The translations under genes and the position numbers were made by a program. From Deltaproteobacteria bacterium (lineage in GTDB: Bacteria > Desulfobacterota > Dissulfuribacteria > Dissulfuribacterales > QOAL01): a stretch of DNA of 64,000 nt. The stretch is taken from positions 13,856 through 77,855 of the forward strand of contig WGDC01000083.1 in assembly GCA_015493475.1 (NCBI GenBank), written 5' to 3'. Shown piece by piece: positions 55,919-64,000 of this stretch. Every line of letters starts with the position of its first letter. Within the stretch, counting starts at the first letter, position 1. Under the pieces are notes generated by a model. The model was not told the origin of the DNA. It did not search any database and was given only the letters and a program-made list of their open reading frames with translations.

Positions 55919-57685
55919 CTATATGATGAGGCGGACCCCTCCGAGCTCTTCTATCCTGTAAGGGAAATGATCTCCCGGGGAGCCTATGAACATAAAGTTT
56001 ATGGGGACTCCCCACTTTCTTGACAGTTTCCTTACAAGCTCGGGGGTGAATTTTCCCTGTATTTTTACAAACTCTATTTCTATGTCCGGGTATTCCCTTT
56101 TCAGAAAGTCTATGTCGTGCTCGAGCTTTTCAAGCAGCTCGGTGTTTTCCTGTTCGAGGACGGTCACGATCTTGATTTTTTTGGTGTGTTCGTTCTGCCT
56201 GATATAGAGAAGGACCCTGTTGAGGTTAGCGATATTGTCTCCCCTCGTGAAGAACACGAATTCCTGCGACTGTATCTTGTCTATGGTCTGGTATATCTTC
56301 TGATTGATCATGGTAACGAATTCAAGAATGGGGACAAATAGAAATTCAATAAAGTTTAGCAGTATTTCGAGCAGCACAATCCGGTTAAGCATGATTCCGA
56401 CAAGCATTATGGTTGGTATGAAATACTCGGCGAATACCACTATGTTGGCAGGCTGGCCAGGTCCGGGCTCCTTGATAATGTTGCCGACCAGGGCAGACAG
56501 GACCGCCATGAGGGCAAGAAAGACTGCTGGCCAGCTTGCCCGCTCTGGCCTTGGAAGGGACCTCCTCCTTAACTTGAGGAGTATGTTGCCTATGGCGAAG
56601 AGCGCCATTACCGAAAGGAACGAGATGGTATAGACCCCGGCGAGCACTTCCACCTGTCCGTTAGTTATGAAAAGGATAGATACGCAGAGAACGAAGAAGG
56701 CGATGATGATCCTGTACGAGCTGCCTCTGCGGTTTTTTTTGAGGAAAAATGCCGGGAATATCCTGTCGAGGGTGATGCGTTCAACGAGACCCGTCACCCC
56801 AACGTAGGAAGTAAGAACAGCACCGCTGAGCACCAGGGCCGCGTCAACGGATATAAGCATTGCGAGCCACTCGCCTCCGGACAGCTCTCCCATATGGGAG
56901 AGTAGGTGCGCCATATGCTCGTGTACTTCCGGTATTGGCACGATTGCAAGTGCGAGAAAGGCCATCAGGGGGTTGAATACGCTAACGGCGATCCACATGT
57001 TTCTGAGTGTTTTAGGGAAAACTCCCCTCTGCTGTTCCTCCACGAAGTTGGCTGAGCTTTCAAAGCCCGAGATGCCGAGCATGGCGGCTGAAAATCCCCA
57101 GTAGAGATCCTTAACCAAACTGCCGTGGGGGGTGGGCAGGTGCCAGTTCATAAGAAATGTACCGAAGCCGTGGTGAAAAAGGTAAAATATCATGGTGCCG
57201 GCGAGCAGAGTCAGGGATGCAAGATGGAATATGAATATGGCTACAGCTACCGCCGCCGACTCCCCAATGCCGAGAATGGTAAGGCCCATGAATATTGCAA
57301 GAAGTCCAATGGTGGCTGGTATCACCGGAAGCGAGGGGATTATGGAGTGCAGATATGCCATCCCCTCAGACGCGGAAATTACGGAGGTGGCGATATAGGA
57401 AAGCAGAGTAAGGCTTGCGGCCAAGGACGCCATGGATTTGCTCGTTGTGTTGAGCAGGGCGTTGTATGCGCCACCGTTAAGGGGAAGGGCGCCAACCACC
57501 TCTCCGTATATTTTTCTGAACAGGTACAGGATCCCGGCCACTATGAGGAGGGCAATCCATGCGTACTTGCCCGAGGCCGCTATGGACAGGGCAGATACGT
57601 AAAGTACCGACGAGGTAATATCATTACCGCAAATGGCGGTAGCAGGTAGCTCCGAGAGTTTTTTTTTCCCTGGGGTATCGGTCAT
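55919..57685 (-). CDS. APC-superfamily amino acid/polyamine transporter with cytoplasmic C-terminal domain
   Basis: About 12 hydrophobic segments, the N-terminal 'AICGNDITSSVLYVS', and a soluble ~150-aa C-terminus. Confidence 0.65.
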   Translation of the reverse strand: MTDTPGKKKLSELPATAICGNDITSSVLYVSALSIAASGKYAWIALLIVAGILYLFRKIYGEVVGALPLNGGAYNALLNTTSKSMASLAASLTLLSYIATSVISASEGMAYLHSIIPSLPVIPATIGLLAIFMGLTILGIGESAAVAVAIFIFHLASLTLLAGTMIFYLFHHGFGTFLMNWHLPTPHGSLVKDLYWGFSAAMLGISGFESSANFVEEQQRGVFPKTLRNMWIAVSVFNPLMAFLALAIVPIPEVHEHMAHLLSHMGELSGGEWLAMLISVDAALVLSGAVLTSYVGVTGLVERITLDRIFPAFFLKKNRRGSSYRIIIAFFVLCVSILFITNGQVEVLAGVYTISFLSVMALFAIGNILLKLRRRSLPRPERASWPAVFLALMAVLSALVGNIIKEPGPGQPANIVVFAEYFIPTIMLVGIMLNRIVLLEILLNFIEFLFVPILEFVTMINQKIYQTIDKIQSQEFVFFTRGDNIANLNRVLLYIRQNEHTKKIKIVTVLEQENTELLEKLEHDIDFLKREYPDIEIEFVKIQGKFTPELVRKLSRKWGVPINFMFIGSPGDHFPYRIEELGGVRLII

Positions 57686-57913
57686 GACTCCTTCCCTTCC
57701 AGTCCCCTTTTATCATGCAGTCATTGAGCTTGCCAATAGGTAGCGAGCTGTTTTTGTGTGAAAAAACAAGAAAAGTAATGAATATGCATGATTTCACGGT
57801 TTAAATTCCATCAGGTCTCAGGCTGATAAACATTTTACTTTTTCCGGGGTGATTTTAAAAATTCCTCAAAGAAAATTCCATGGGTGACGATAAAATGAAT
57901 AAAAAGGCTGACA

Positions 57914-58906
57914 ATGACTGAACAAGCAGGCATGGTTCTTGGAGGATCAGGCCGGGATATTAGGGCCCTGGCCGTGGAGGACGCAGGAGAGAAGAATGTA
58001 CCGCGGGACCTTTCCGGCAGGAACTTTCAGGCCCAGGACCTCGAGGGAGTAAACCTTTCCGGGGCGGACTTGAGCGGTGTCTCCTTTCTGCGTGCCAATC
58101 TGTCAGGAGCCATTCTGATGAACGCCAACATGGACGGGGCGGACCTGAGCGGTGCCTGTCTGAGAGGGGCTCACTTAGAAGGAGCAAAGGCGGAAAAGGC
58201 AAGTTTTGGAATGGCCGACCTTAAAGGGGCCTGCCTCTTTAATGCAAACCTTGCCAACTCAAGTTTTGTCAAGGCCGACCTTGCGGGGGCGGATCTTAGG
58301 TGCGCCGAGCTTCGCGGCGCCAGGCTCAGAGAGGCAAGCCTGCGCAATGTTGACTTTACAGAGGCTAACCTCAAGGGTGCAGACCTGTCCATGTCCGATG
58401 TAGCCGGGGCGTTTTTTACAAACGCTGACATGCGCAATACAAGGCTGAGGCAGGTGAGAGGTTTCAAGACGGCATACTGGATAGGCACCGATCTCAGGAA
58501 CATAAACTTTGCAGGGGCCTATCTACTGCGCCGGTTCGCCGTGGACCAGAATTATATCAAGGAATTCAGGGAATCGGGCAGGGTTTCGAGGCTGCTCTAT
58601 TACCTGTGGCTCGTAAGCAGCGACTGTGGCAGAAGCATGACGAGGTGGTGCTTCTGGATAGTTATTCAGATACTTTTTTTTGCATGGCTGTATTCCATGG
58701 TGGGGGTTGATTACGGACTTCACCCGACACCCATTTCAAGCCTATATCTAAGCGTCGTAACCCTTACCACCCTCGGATTCGGCGATGTAGTCCCGAAGAA
58801 CATGGCTGGCCAGCTCGTTGTCATGTGCGAGGTTATTACCGGTTACATGATGCTCGGTGGCCTGTTGTCCATCTTCAGCAACAAGATGGCGAGAAGAGGA
58901 GAATAA
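57914..58906 (+). CDS. Pentapeptide-repeat domain fused to a 2-TM K+-channel pore
   Basis: aa ~35-200 are A(D/N)LxG-type pentapeptide repeats ('GADLSGVSFLRANLSGAILMNANMDGADLSGACL...'). The C-terminus has TM1, a pore helix with filter 'TLTTLGFGD', and TM2. Confidence 0.8.
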   Translation: MTEQAGMVLGGSGRDIRALAVEDAGEKNVPRDLSGRNFQAQDLEGVNLSGADLSGVSFLRANLSGAILMNANMDGADLSGACLRGAHLEGAKAEKASFGMADLKGACLFNANLANSSFVKADLAGADLRCAELRGARLREASLRNVDFTEANLKGADLSMSDVAGAFFTNADMRNTRLRQVRGFKTAYWIGTDLRNINFAGAYLLRRFAVDQNYIKEFRESGRVSRLLYYLWLVSSDCGRSMTRWCFWIVIQILFFAWLYSMVGVDYGLHPTPISSLYLSVVTLTTLGFGDVVPKNMAGQLVVMCEVITGYMMLGGLLSIFSNKMARRGE

Positions 58907-58907
58907 G

Positions 58908-59777
58908 GTGTCCATTTTTGATTTTTTAAAGAGAAGGAAACAGGATCCTGGGGATCAGCTAAGGGATTTACTCGAGGACTACGAGCTTCCCTCTTTCCCC
59001 GGTTCCGTTATGAAGGTTCTGGAGTTGCTGAGGGACCCAGACGCACCCCTGCCCGAGATATCGCGACTCATAGAGGCCGATCCGGGAATGCATGTACGGG
59101 TGCTCAAGACCGTGAATTCCGCGGCTTACGGCCTTCCGAGAAAGATAGGCAACATACAGCACGCAATAAGCCTGCTTGGGAAAATGCGTCTCGAGGGAAT
59201 AATCCTGCCCATTGCCGTAAAGAATGCCATTCCCAAGACTGAACTCTATTGCCTGAGGCAGCAGGATTTTTGGAAGATTAGCACCAGGAGGGCATGCCTG
59301 GCGAAGGCCATCGCCGAGGTCCTGCATCCCACGCACCAGGAAGAATGCTTTACCGCCGGGCTCTTGCAGGATATGGCCATTCCGGTTCTTATTCACGTGA
59401 AGGAGCAGAAATACTGCATGACTCTTGAGATGTGGAACGAGGACAGGCAGGCAAGCCTTGAAAAGCTCGAAAGGGAGACCTTCGGAGTGGATCATCAGTC
59501 GGTGGGGGCTCTCATGGCCGAAAAGTGGCAATTTCCCGATTACCTGTTGCAGTCCATTCTTCATCACCACGGCGACGGCAGGCAAGGGCGCGTGCCGGAG
59601 GCGGTCATTGCAGTATCCCAAATACGTTACAACCACGCAGTAAGGGAGGAAGGGGAGCAGCGGCAGATGACAGAGATTCTCCGGGAAAGTTTGGATATAG
59701 GCTCCTCCGTTTCATCAAGGATTCTTGAAAGGGCGAAAAACGAGGCTGATGAGTTCTACTCGATCTTTGCAGGGTGA
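58908..59777 (+). CDS. HDOD-domain signalling protein
   Basis: 'LPSFPGSVMKVLELLRDPDAPLPEISRLIEADPGMHVRVLKTVNSAAYGLPRKIGNIQHAISLLG' is the HDOD signature. The GTG at 58908 is 2 nt after the channel stop. Confidence 0.8.
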   Translation: MSIFDFLKRRKQDPGDQLRDLLEDYELPSFPGSVMKVLELLRDPDAPLPEISRLIEADPGMHVRVLKTVNSAAYGLPRKIGNIQHAISLLGKMRLEGIILPIAVKNAIPKTELYCLRQQDFWKISTRRACLAKAIAEVLHPTHQEECFTAGLLQDMAIPVLIHVKEQKYCMTLEMWNEDRQASLEKLERETFGVDHQSVGALMAEKWQFPDYLLQSILHHHGDGRQGRVPEAVIAVSQIRYNHAVREEGEQRQMTEILRESLDIGSSVSSRILERAKNEADEFYSIFAG

Positions 59778-59848
59778 CAAGGCCCTTGTACTCTCAACCA
59801 CCGTCGGTGCCATAAGGGTGGAAAGCGTGTCTCGCATAGGCCAGGCCG

Positions 59849-60967
59849 TTATCGGGATTCCGTCCAGAAATCCTCCTGAAATTTCCTGATGGCCCTTTCC
59901 ATGCTTCCAAGCCTTTCCACGTTTTTTTTGAATATGGAGCTCGTTGGGCCTTCATGCGCCATTTTTTCAAGGACCGGGAGATAGCGGGCAGAGCCAAGCC
60001 GTTGGAAAACCGGCTCTATGACCTTCAAGGTGTGCATGAGCATGTTCTTCATCATCTTTTTTTCAAAACGTTGCTCGTCAACGAATATACCCTTGAGGCC
60101 GTGCCTGGCGGCCTGCCATTTGTTGCTGAGTATGACGGAAATATGCATGGGGAAAAGGGATATGCTGTCTGTCGCTATGGCTACGACAAGTGCCTGTATT
60201 AGGGCGCACAGGGCCATGATCTGCTGGAACCTTGCCGGAATATCGCATATTCTTACCTCTACCGTGCCCAGGTCAGGACTTGGTCTCACATCCCACCAAA
60301 TATCCCTGGGCTCGTTAATAATGGCGCATTTCTTGAGAAGCTCAACAAGACCGCAGTAATTTTCCCAGGAGCCGAGGGCATCAGGCATACCAGAACGTGG
60401 AAGGGCGTCAAACAGCTTGGAACGGAAGGAGGCAAAGCCCGTGTCCCTGCCCTCTAAAAACGGGCTCGATGCGCTCAACGCAAGGAGCATCGGAAGAAAT
60501 GCCCGCAGATTGTCGAAGACCTTTATGGCCGTCTCACCGGAGTCAAGGCCAATGTGGCAGTGAAGTCCCTGGGTTATGAGCCGTTTGCCTATGATTTGAA
60601 GCTCCTCGAGGATTGCCCTATACCTCGGATCTGGATAGAGCTCCTGCTCCTGGTAGCGGGAGAACGGATGAAGGCTCGAGGCAAAGATGGAACATTTGTT
60701 AAGTGTAGCGGCTCCTTGCAGGTACTCAATGGACCCTTTAAGGTCCTGTTCAGCCTGTTGTATGCTGTTGCAGATCCCTGTGTTGACCTCAACCATTGAT
60801 TGGATGAATTCGGGTTTTATGCACGTCTTTAGTTCGCGGGGCAGGGCTGACAATATTTCTGTGGCCCTTGGGCAGAGCCCGAGCCCTGTTTCATCCAGGA
60901 GTTGGAACTCAACCTCGATTCCCACGGTGAACCTTTTGCTTTCCCTGAAAGAAATGGTGTCTGCCAT
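59849..60967 (-). CDS. Carboxylate-amine ligase (glutamate-cysteine ligase family 2, YbdK-like)
   Basis: 'FTVGIEVEFQLLD', 'ASSLHPF', 'GLHCHIG' and 'LALSASSPF' are GCS2 motifs. Confidence 0.75.
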   Translation of the reverse strand: MADTISFRESKRFTVGIEVEFQLLDETGLGLCPRATEILSALPRELKTCIKPEFIQSMVEVNTGICNSIQQAEQDLKGSIEYLQGAATLNKCSIFASSLHPFSRYQEQELYPDPRYRAILEELQIIGKRLITQGLHCHIGLDSGETAIKVFDNLRAFLPMLLALSASSPFLEGRDTGFASFRSKLFDALPRSGMPDALGSWENYCGLVELLKKCAIINEPRDIWWDVRPSPDLGTVEVRICDIPARFQQIMALCALIQALVVAIATDSISLFPMHISVILSNKWQAARHGLKGIFVDEQRFEKKMMKNMLMHTLKVIEPVFQRLGSARYLPVLEKMAHEGPTSSIFKKNVERLGSMERAIRKFQEDFWTESR

Positions 60968-61106
60968 GCGGGTACCATCTCCCTTTGCAAGGCATCTCAA
61001 AGCCTGCTTCTTATGCCCAACGGCCGTGCCCTCGTCATGAAAAGTGGCAAATTGGCTTGGATATGCCCCGCCTCTCTATCTCATAATGTAGCCGCCAAGG
61101 CGCGGT

Positions 61107-62291
61107 CTAAACCATGAGGGCCTCCAACGCACAATTTGCAAAAAAGGCCGCGCCCACAGGGAGGACACGTTCGTCAAAATCGAAGCCCGAGCTGTGGGCA
61201 GGCCAGTCATTGCCCTGCTTCTTTGCTCCAAACCTTACGAAGCAGCCTGGAACCTGTTGAAGGTAGAAGGAAAAATCCTCTCCTCCGAGGCTTGGAACCG
61301 GATAGGGCAGGACTCCTTCCTCGCCGACTATCTCAATGGCCGCCTTCCTCGCTATGGCGGTTGCATCCGGAGTATTGACAACGGGAGGATAGTGCTCAGG
61401 GTAGCTTACCCTTGTGGTTACGCCGAGAGCTTCATCGGTTGCCCGGGCACACGCCTCTATGGTCTGGAAGGTTGCCTTCCGTATCTCCGCGCAAGTGGTT
61501 CTCATGGTGCCCTTAAGGAGCGCCTGTTCGGCAATGGCGTTTGGGGCGTTTCCTGCCTTTATACTGCCAAAGGAGACAAGTGCGGGAAACTGAGGGTTTA
61601 TTCTCTTGTTGATGGCCGCCTGAAGTGTGACGATAAAATTGGATGCGGCGACAATTGCGTCTGCTGCCTCGTGAGGCCGGGCGGCGTGGCCTCCCTTACC
61701 TCTGATCTCCACGCGTACCCTGTCTGCGAAGGCACATATAAGCCCTTCCTGAACGGCCAGCTTGCCAACACCGAAGTGGGTATCTATGTGGCCTCCGAAT
61801 ATGTATCGGCAGTCTGACAGGCATCCCTCCTCCACCATCTTTTTAGCCCCTCCCTGGCCTTCTTCAGCAGGCTGGAACAGAAACCTTACGAGACCGCCAT
61901 GGACCCCGCATTCTTTCAGAAGCCTTGCACAGCCTATAAGCATGGCCGTGTGCCCGTCGTGGCCGCACGCGTGCATCATTGCCTTGATGCGGGAGGAAAA
62001 GTCAAGCCCGGTATTCTCCTCTATGGGAAGCGCGTCCATGTCCGCCCTTATGCATATTACATTGTTGCCCTCCTTTTCCCCTATCTCGGCCACTACGCCC
62101 GTGCGGGCAATGTTGTTTCTGTATTTTATTCCAAGGTCCCTTAGCACGGAACATACGAACCTTGAAGTCTCTTTTTCCTCAAAGGCAGGCTCCGGATGTT
62201 CATGTATGTGCCGCCTTATGGATGCAAGCCATGATGAGAGTGCCTTGGCCCGTGAAAAAAGCCCTTTTGCGCTTGCGCTTTGTCTTTTCAT
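61107..62291 (-). CDS. M20-family amidohydrolase (aminoacylase/hippurate-hydrolase type)
   Basis: 'IRRHIHEHPEPAFEE', 'IRADMDALP', 'HACGHDGH' and 'FQPAEEG'. The ATG at 62291 overlaps the speE stop (ATGA). Confidence 0.8.
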   Translation of the reverse strand: MKRQSASAKGLFSRAKALSSWLASIRRHIHEHPEPAFEEKETSRFVCSVLRDLGIKYRNNIARTGVVAEIGEKEGNNVICIRADMDALPIEENTGLDFSSRIKAMMHACGHDGHTAMLIGCARLLKECGVHGGLVRFLFQPAEEGQGGAKKMVEEGCLSDCRYIFGGHIDTHFGVGKLAVQEGLICAFADRVRVEIRGKGGHAARPHEAADAIVAASNFIVTLQAAINKRINPQFPALVSFGSIKAGNAPNAIAEQALLKGTMRTTCAEIRKATFQTIEACARATDEALGVTTRVSYPEHYPPVVNTPDATAIARKAAIEIVGEEGVLPYPVPSLGGEDFSFYLQQVPGCFVRFGAKKQGNDWPAHSSGFDFDERVLPVGAAFFANCALEALMV

Positions 62292-63136
62292 GAAGTTCCG
62301 ATAGCCTTGATAAAAAAGTTCGGAAGGCAAAAGGATGCCTGTCCAATGTCAAGGTTGAAATATTTGAGCACCTGGTATTCTTCTTCCGGAAGAATGACCC
62401 TCGCGACTTTTTCCCTTTGAAACTTACCGTTTCCCGCCATGACCCACGACCAGTAACCCCCCGGATACGTGGGAACAGGGCTGCAGTAGAAACGGACAAA
62501 GGAGAAACCGGCCGAAAGGAGGCCGCGTTTTATCTCCCTTATGGCAGACAGATGGTACATGGGAGACTCGCTCTGGGCGCAGAGGAGGCCGTGCCTATCC
62601 AGGGCCTTTCTGCACGAGTTGTAAAATTGGTGCGTAAACAGGGCCTTTGCCGCGCCTACGGGGTCAGTGGAATCCACAATTATGATATCAAACTCTCCCT
62701 CCTTGCCCCTGAGGAGTTGGCTTCCGTCAGCAAAAACTATCTCCACCCTGCTGTCATCAAGACCCCTTGATATTTCCGGGAAGAATTTCCTCGAGGCATC
62801 CACAACCTCACTGTCTATCTCGCAGAGGGTAATCTTCCTTACCGAGGGATAGCGAACAAGTTCCCTTACGGCTCCGCCGTCTCCACCACCTACGACAAGG
62901 ATATTTCGTGCGGCGCCATGATAGTGCATGGGCGGGTGCACCAGCATCTCGTGATATATGAACTCGTCTCTTTCAGTGGTCATTACCAGACCGTCAAGCA
63001 GGAGAACGCGTCCGTATTCGTCGCTCTCTATTATGTCTATCCGCTGGTACCTGGTGCGGGTTGAGAAGAGGGTCTTCCTGCACCTTAGCGTAAGCCCGGC
63101 TCCCGGGGTGTGCTTTTCCGTGTACCAGAGTTCCAT
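62288..63136 (-). CDS. speE: Spermidine synthase / aminopropyltransferase
   Basis: 'WYTE', 'GRVLLLDGLVMTTERDEFIYHEML', 'VVGGGDGGAVRE' and 'IIVDSTDPVG'. Confidence 0.9.
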   Translation of the reverse strand: MELWYTEKHTPGAGLTLRCRKTLFSTRTRYQRIDIIESDEYGRVLLLDGLVMTTERDEFIYHEMLVHPPMHYHGAARNILVVGGGDGGAVRELVRYPSVRKITLCEIDSEVVDASRKFFPEISRGLDDSRVEIVFADGSQLLRGKEGEFDIIIVDSTDPVGAAKALFTHQFYNSCRKALDRHGLLCAQSESPMYHLSAIREIKRGLLSAGFSFVRFYCSPVPTYPGGYWSWVMAGNGKFQREKVARVILPEEEYQVLKYFNLDIGQASFCLPNFFIKAIGTS

Positions 63137-63146
63137 TCAGATAGCC

Positions 63147-63416
63147 TCAAGGCCGCGGTTTGGACATCTTATGGCAGAAAAGGCATCGGTACTTGGGCGG
63201 ATGGTTTTTGGGAAGTGGCATCCCCGCCTTCTTGCCGTGGCAACCTGAGCATTTCTTTTCTGCCTCTTTCTTGTGCATCCTGAAGAATATTTTGTGGTTT
63301 TCGTCATAGGGTATCCTTGCCGTTGTCTCCGGAGGGGCCATTGAGAGAAAGATGAGTATCCCCGCAGCCGCAGCGAGGAAAAGCACGTTATAAACCGTGG
63401 CCTTTTTCTTGTTCAT
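63147..63416 (-). CDS. Small membrane-anchored dihaem c-type cytochrome
   Basis: It has an N-terminal TM 'VLFLAAAAGILIFL' and two CxxCH motifs ('CSGCH', 'CLFCH'), plus spare His residues for bis-His ligation. The start overlaps the upstream stop (ATGA). Confidence 0.6.
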   Translation of the reverse strand: MNKKKATVYNVLFLAAAAGILIFLSMAPPETTARIPYDENHKIFFRMHKKEAEKKCSGCHGKKAGMPLPKNHPPKYRCLFCHKMSKPRP

Positions 63417-64000
63417 CTGTTGAGCCTCTCCTTAAGAAGCCTGGAAATCCCTTGCGTTATGGCCTGTTTCTTGTCCCCTGCGGGAAGCCTGCCGAGAATG
63501 GTTTCAATGTAATTTCCTTGGACGATAATCTCGAGTGACTCCTTGAAGTTTATGTCGTATAGCCAGCTAAGACGCATTACCATGAAATCGAGCTGGTTTC
63601 TCACGTGGCCAAGGTTGACTATCCGGCCTGCCTCAAAGTCCCCAATGACATCGTTAGAAATGGAATCGCCGGGCGGGAATCCGAGATTGATTTCTTGGCT
63701 GCCCTTGCCCCTTGTGTAAAACTCGTTAAAGACCCGCCAAATATCTATTTTATCAGCGTCCCTGACGATTTTGGCAAGTGTGAGCCTCAATCCTTCAAAG
63801 TCCCTTGGAATGGAAAACTTGTTATGCACGTAAATAGCATCGAGAACCATTTCTTTTTCCTCGCTATGGAGCCTGCCAAGCACCCCGTGTTCCCTAAGTA
63901 CCTTGACGCTCAGCAAGGCGTGGTCCTCCGATTTCGAGTCGAGGAAGGTCTTGTATTTCCTGAACTGGGGCAGCCTTCCCACATCATGAAAAAGGCCGGA
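63413..64000 (-). CDS. HD-domain phosphohydrolase, 5'-partial (continues beyond the window)
   Basis: The frame is open to the window edge. The minus strand at the edge encodes '...FFHDVGRLPQF' (the HD motif), and 'RDADKIDI' follows later. Confidence 0.65.
   Translation of the reverse strand, partial: SGLFHDVGRLPQFRKYKTFLDSKSEDHALLSVKVLREHGVLGRLHSEEKEMVLDAIYVHNKFSIPRDFEGLRLTLAKIVRDADKIDIWRVFNEFYTRGKGSQEINLGFPPGDSISNDVIGDFEAGRIVNLGHVRNQLDFMVMRLSWLYDINFKESLEIIVQGNYIETILGRLPAGDKKQAITQGISRLLKERLNR

Noticed and set aside
1-64000. CRISPR arrays, rRNA/tRNA genes, retron/DGR reverse transcriptases and TnpB/IscB-type nucleases.
   Set aside because: Reading all intergenic regions longer than 100 bp showed no regularly spaced direct repeats and no cloverleaf-type sequences. 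No ORF carried RT (YxDD) or RuvC/HNH nuclease motifs. This was a by-eye check, so small or degenerate elements could have been missed.

Overview
This is a 64-kb bacterial chromosomal window, roughly 50% GC by eye, densely coded on both strands. All calls rest on motif recognition in the supplied translations and on reading the DNA; no database search was possible. The gene content hints at an anaerobic Desulfobacterota- or Nitrospirota-like organism, but that is inference only. The hints are a 219-aa assimilatory-type sulfite reductase, a signal-peptide CbiK, an FeS/DUF3786 protein and a LIV-PaaK cluster. Most of the window is housekeeping. It includes yggT-divIVA, dus, polyamine genes (speB and speD, with speE 58 kb away) and an atypical acetyl-CoA-carboxylase-like operon. 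It also includes cobS-cobC, smpB, prmA-rsmE, manC, dgt-lptD, gltB and a gltD-like gene, a LIV ABC transporter, csp and an MCP. One clear accessory island lies at 13.3-18.6 kb. It holds an IS4-family element with an 8-bp target duplication and a frameshifted transposase, an IS3 OrfA fragment, and an internally deleted IS256-family transposase. It also holds a solo IS4-type end. These elements bracket a translationally coupled module of unknown function: an SPFH/band-7 protein with three zinc ribbons plus an internally duplicated zinc-ribbon protein. This module is my best candidate for an undescribed system. Other points of interest:
- a DUF1998 helicase fused to a YprB/MrfB-like exonuclease;
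- a permuted AccA-AccD fusion with a non-canonical biotinyl carrier;
- a cobalamin riboswitch driving periplasmic CbiK plus a coiled-coil porin;
- a 96-aa membrane-anchored collagen-repeat protein;
- a pentapeptide-repeat K+ channel paired with an HDOD protein;
- a tightly coupled HD / dihaem cytochrome c / SpeE / M20 gene string.
No rRNA, tRNA, tmRNA or CRISPR array was seen.
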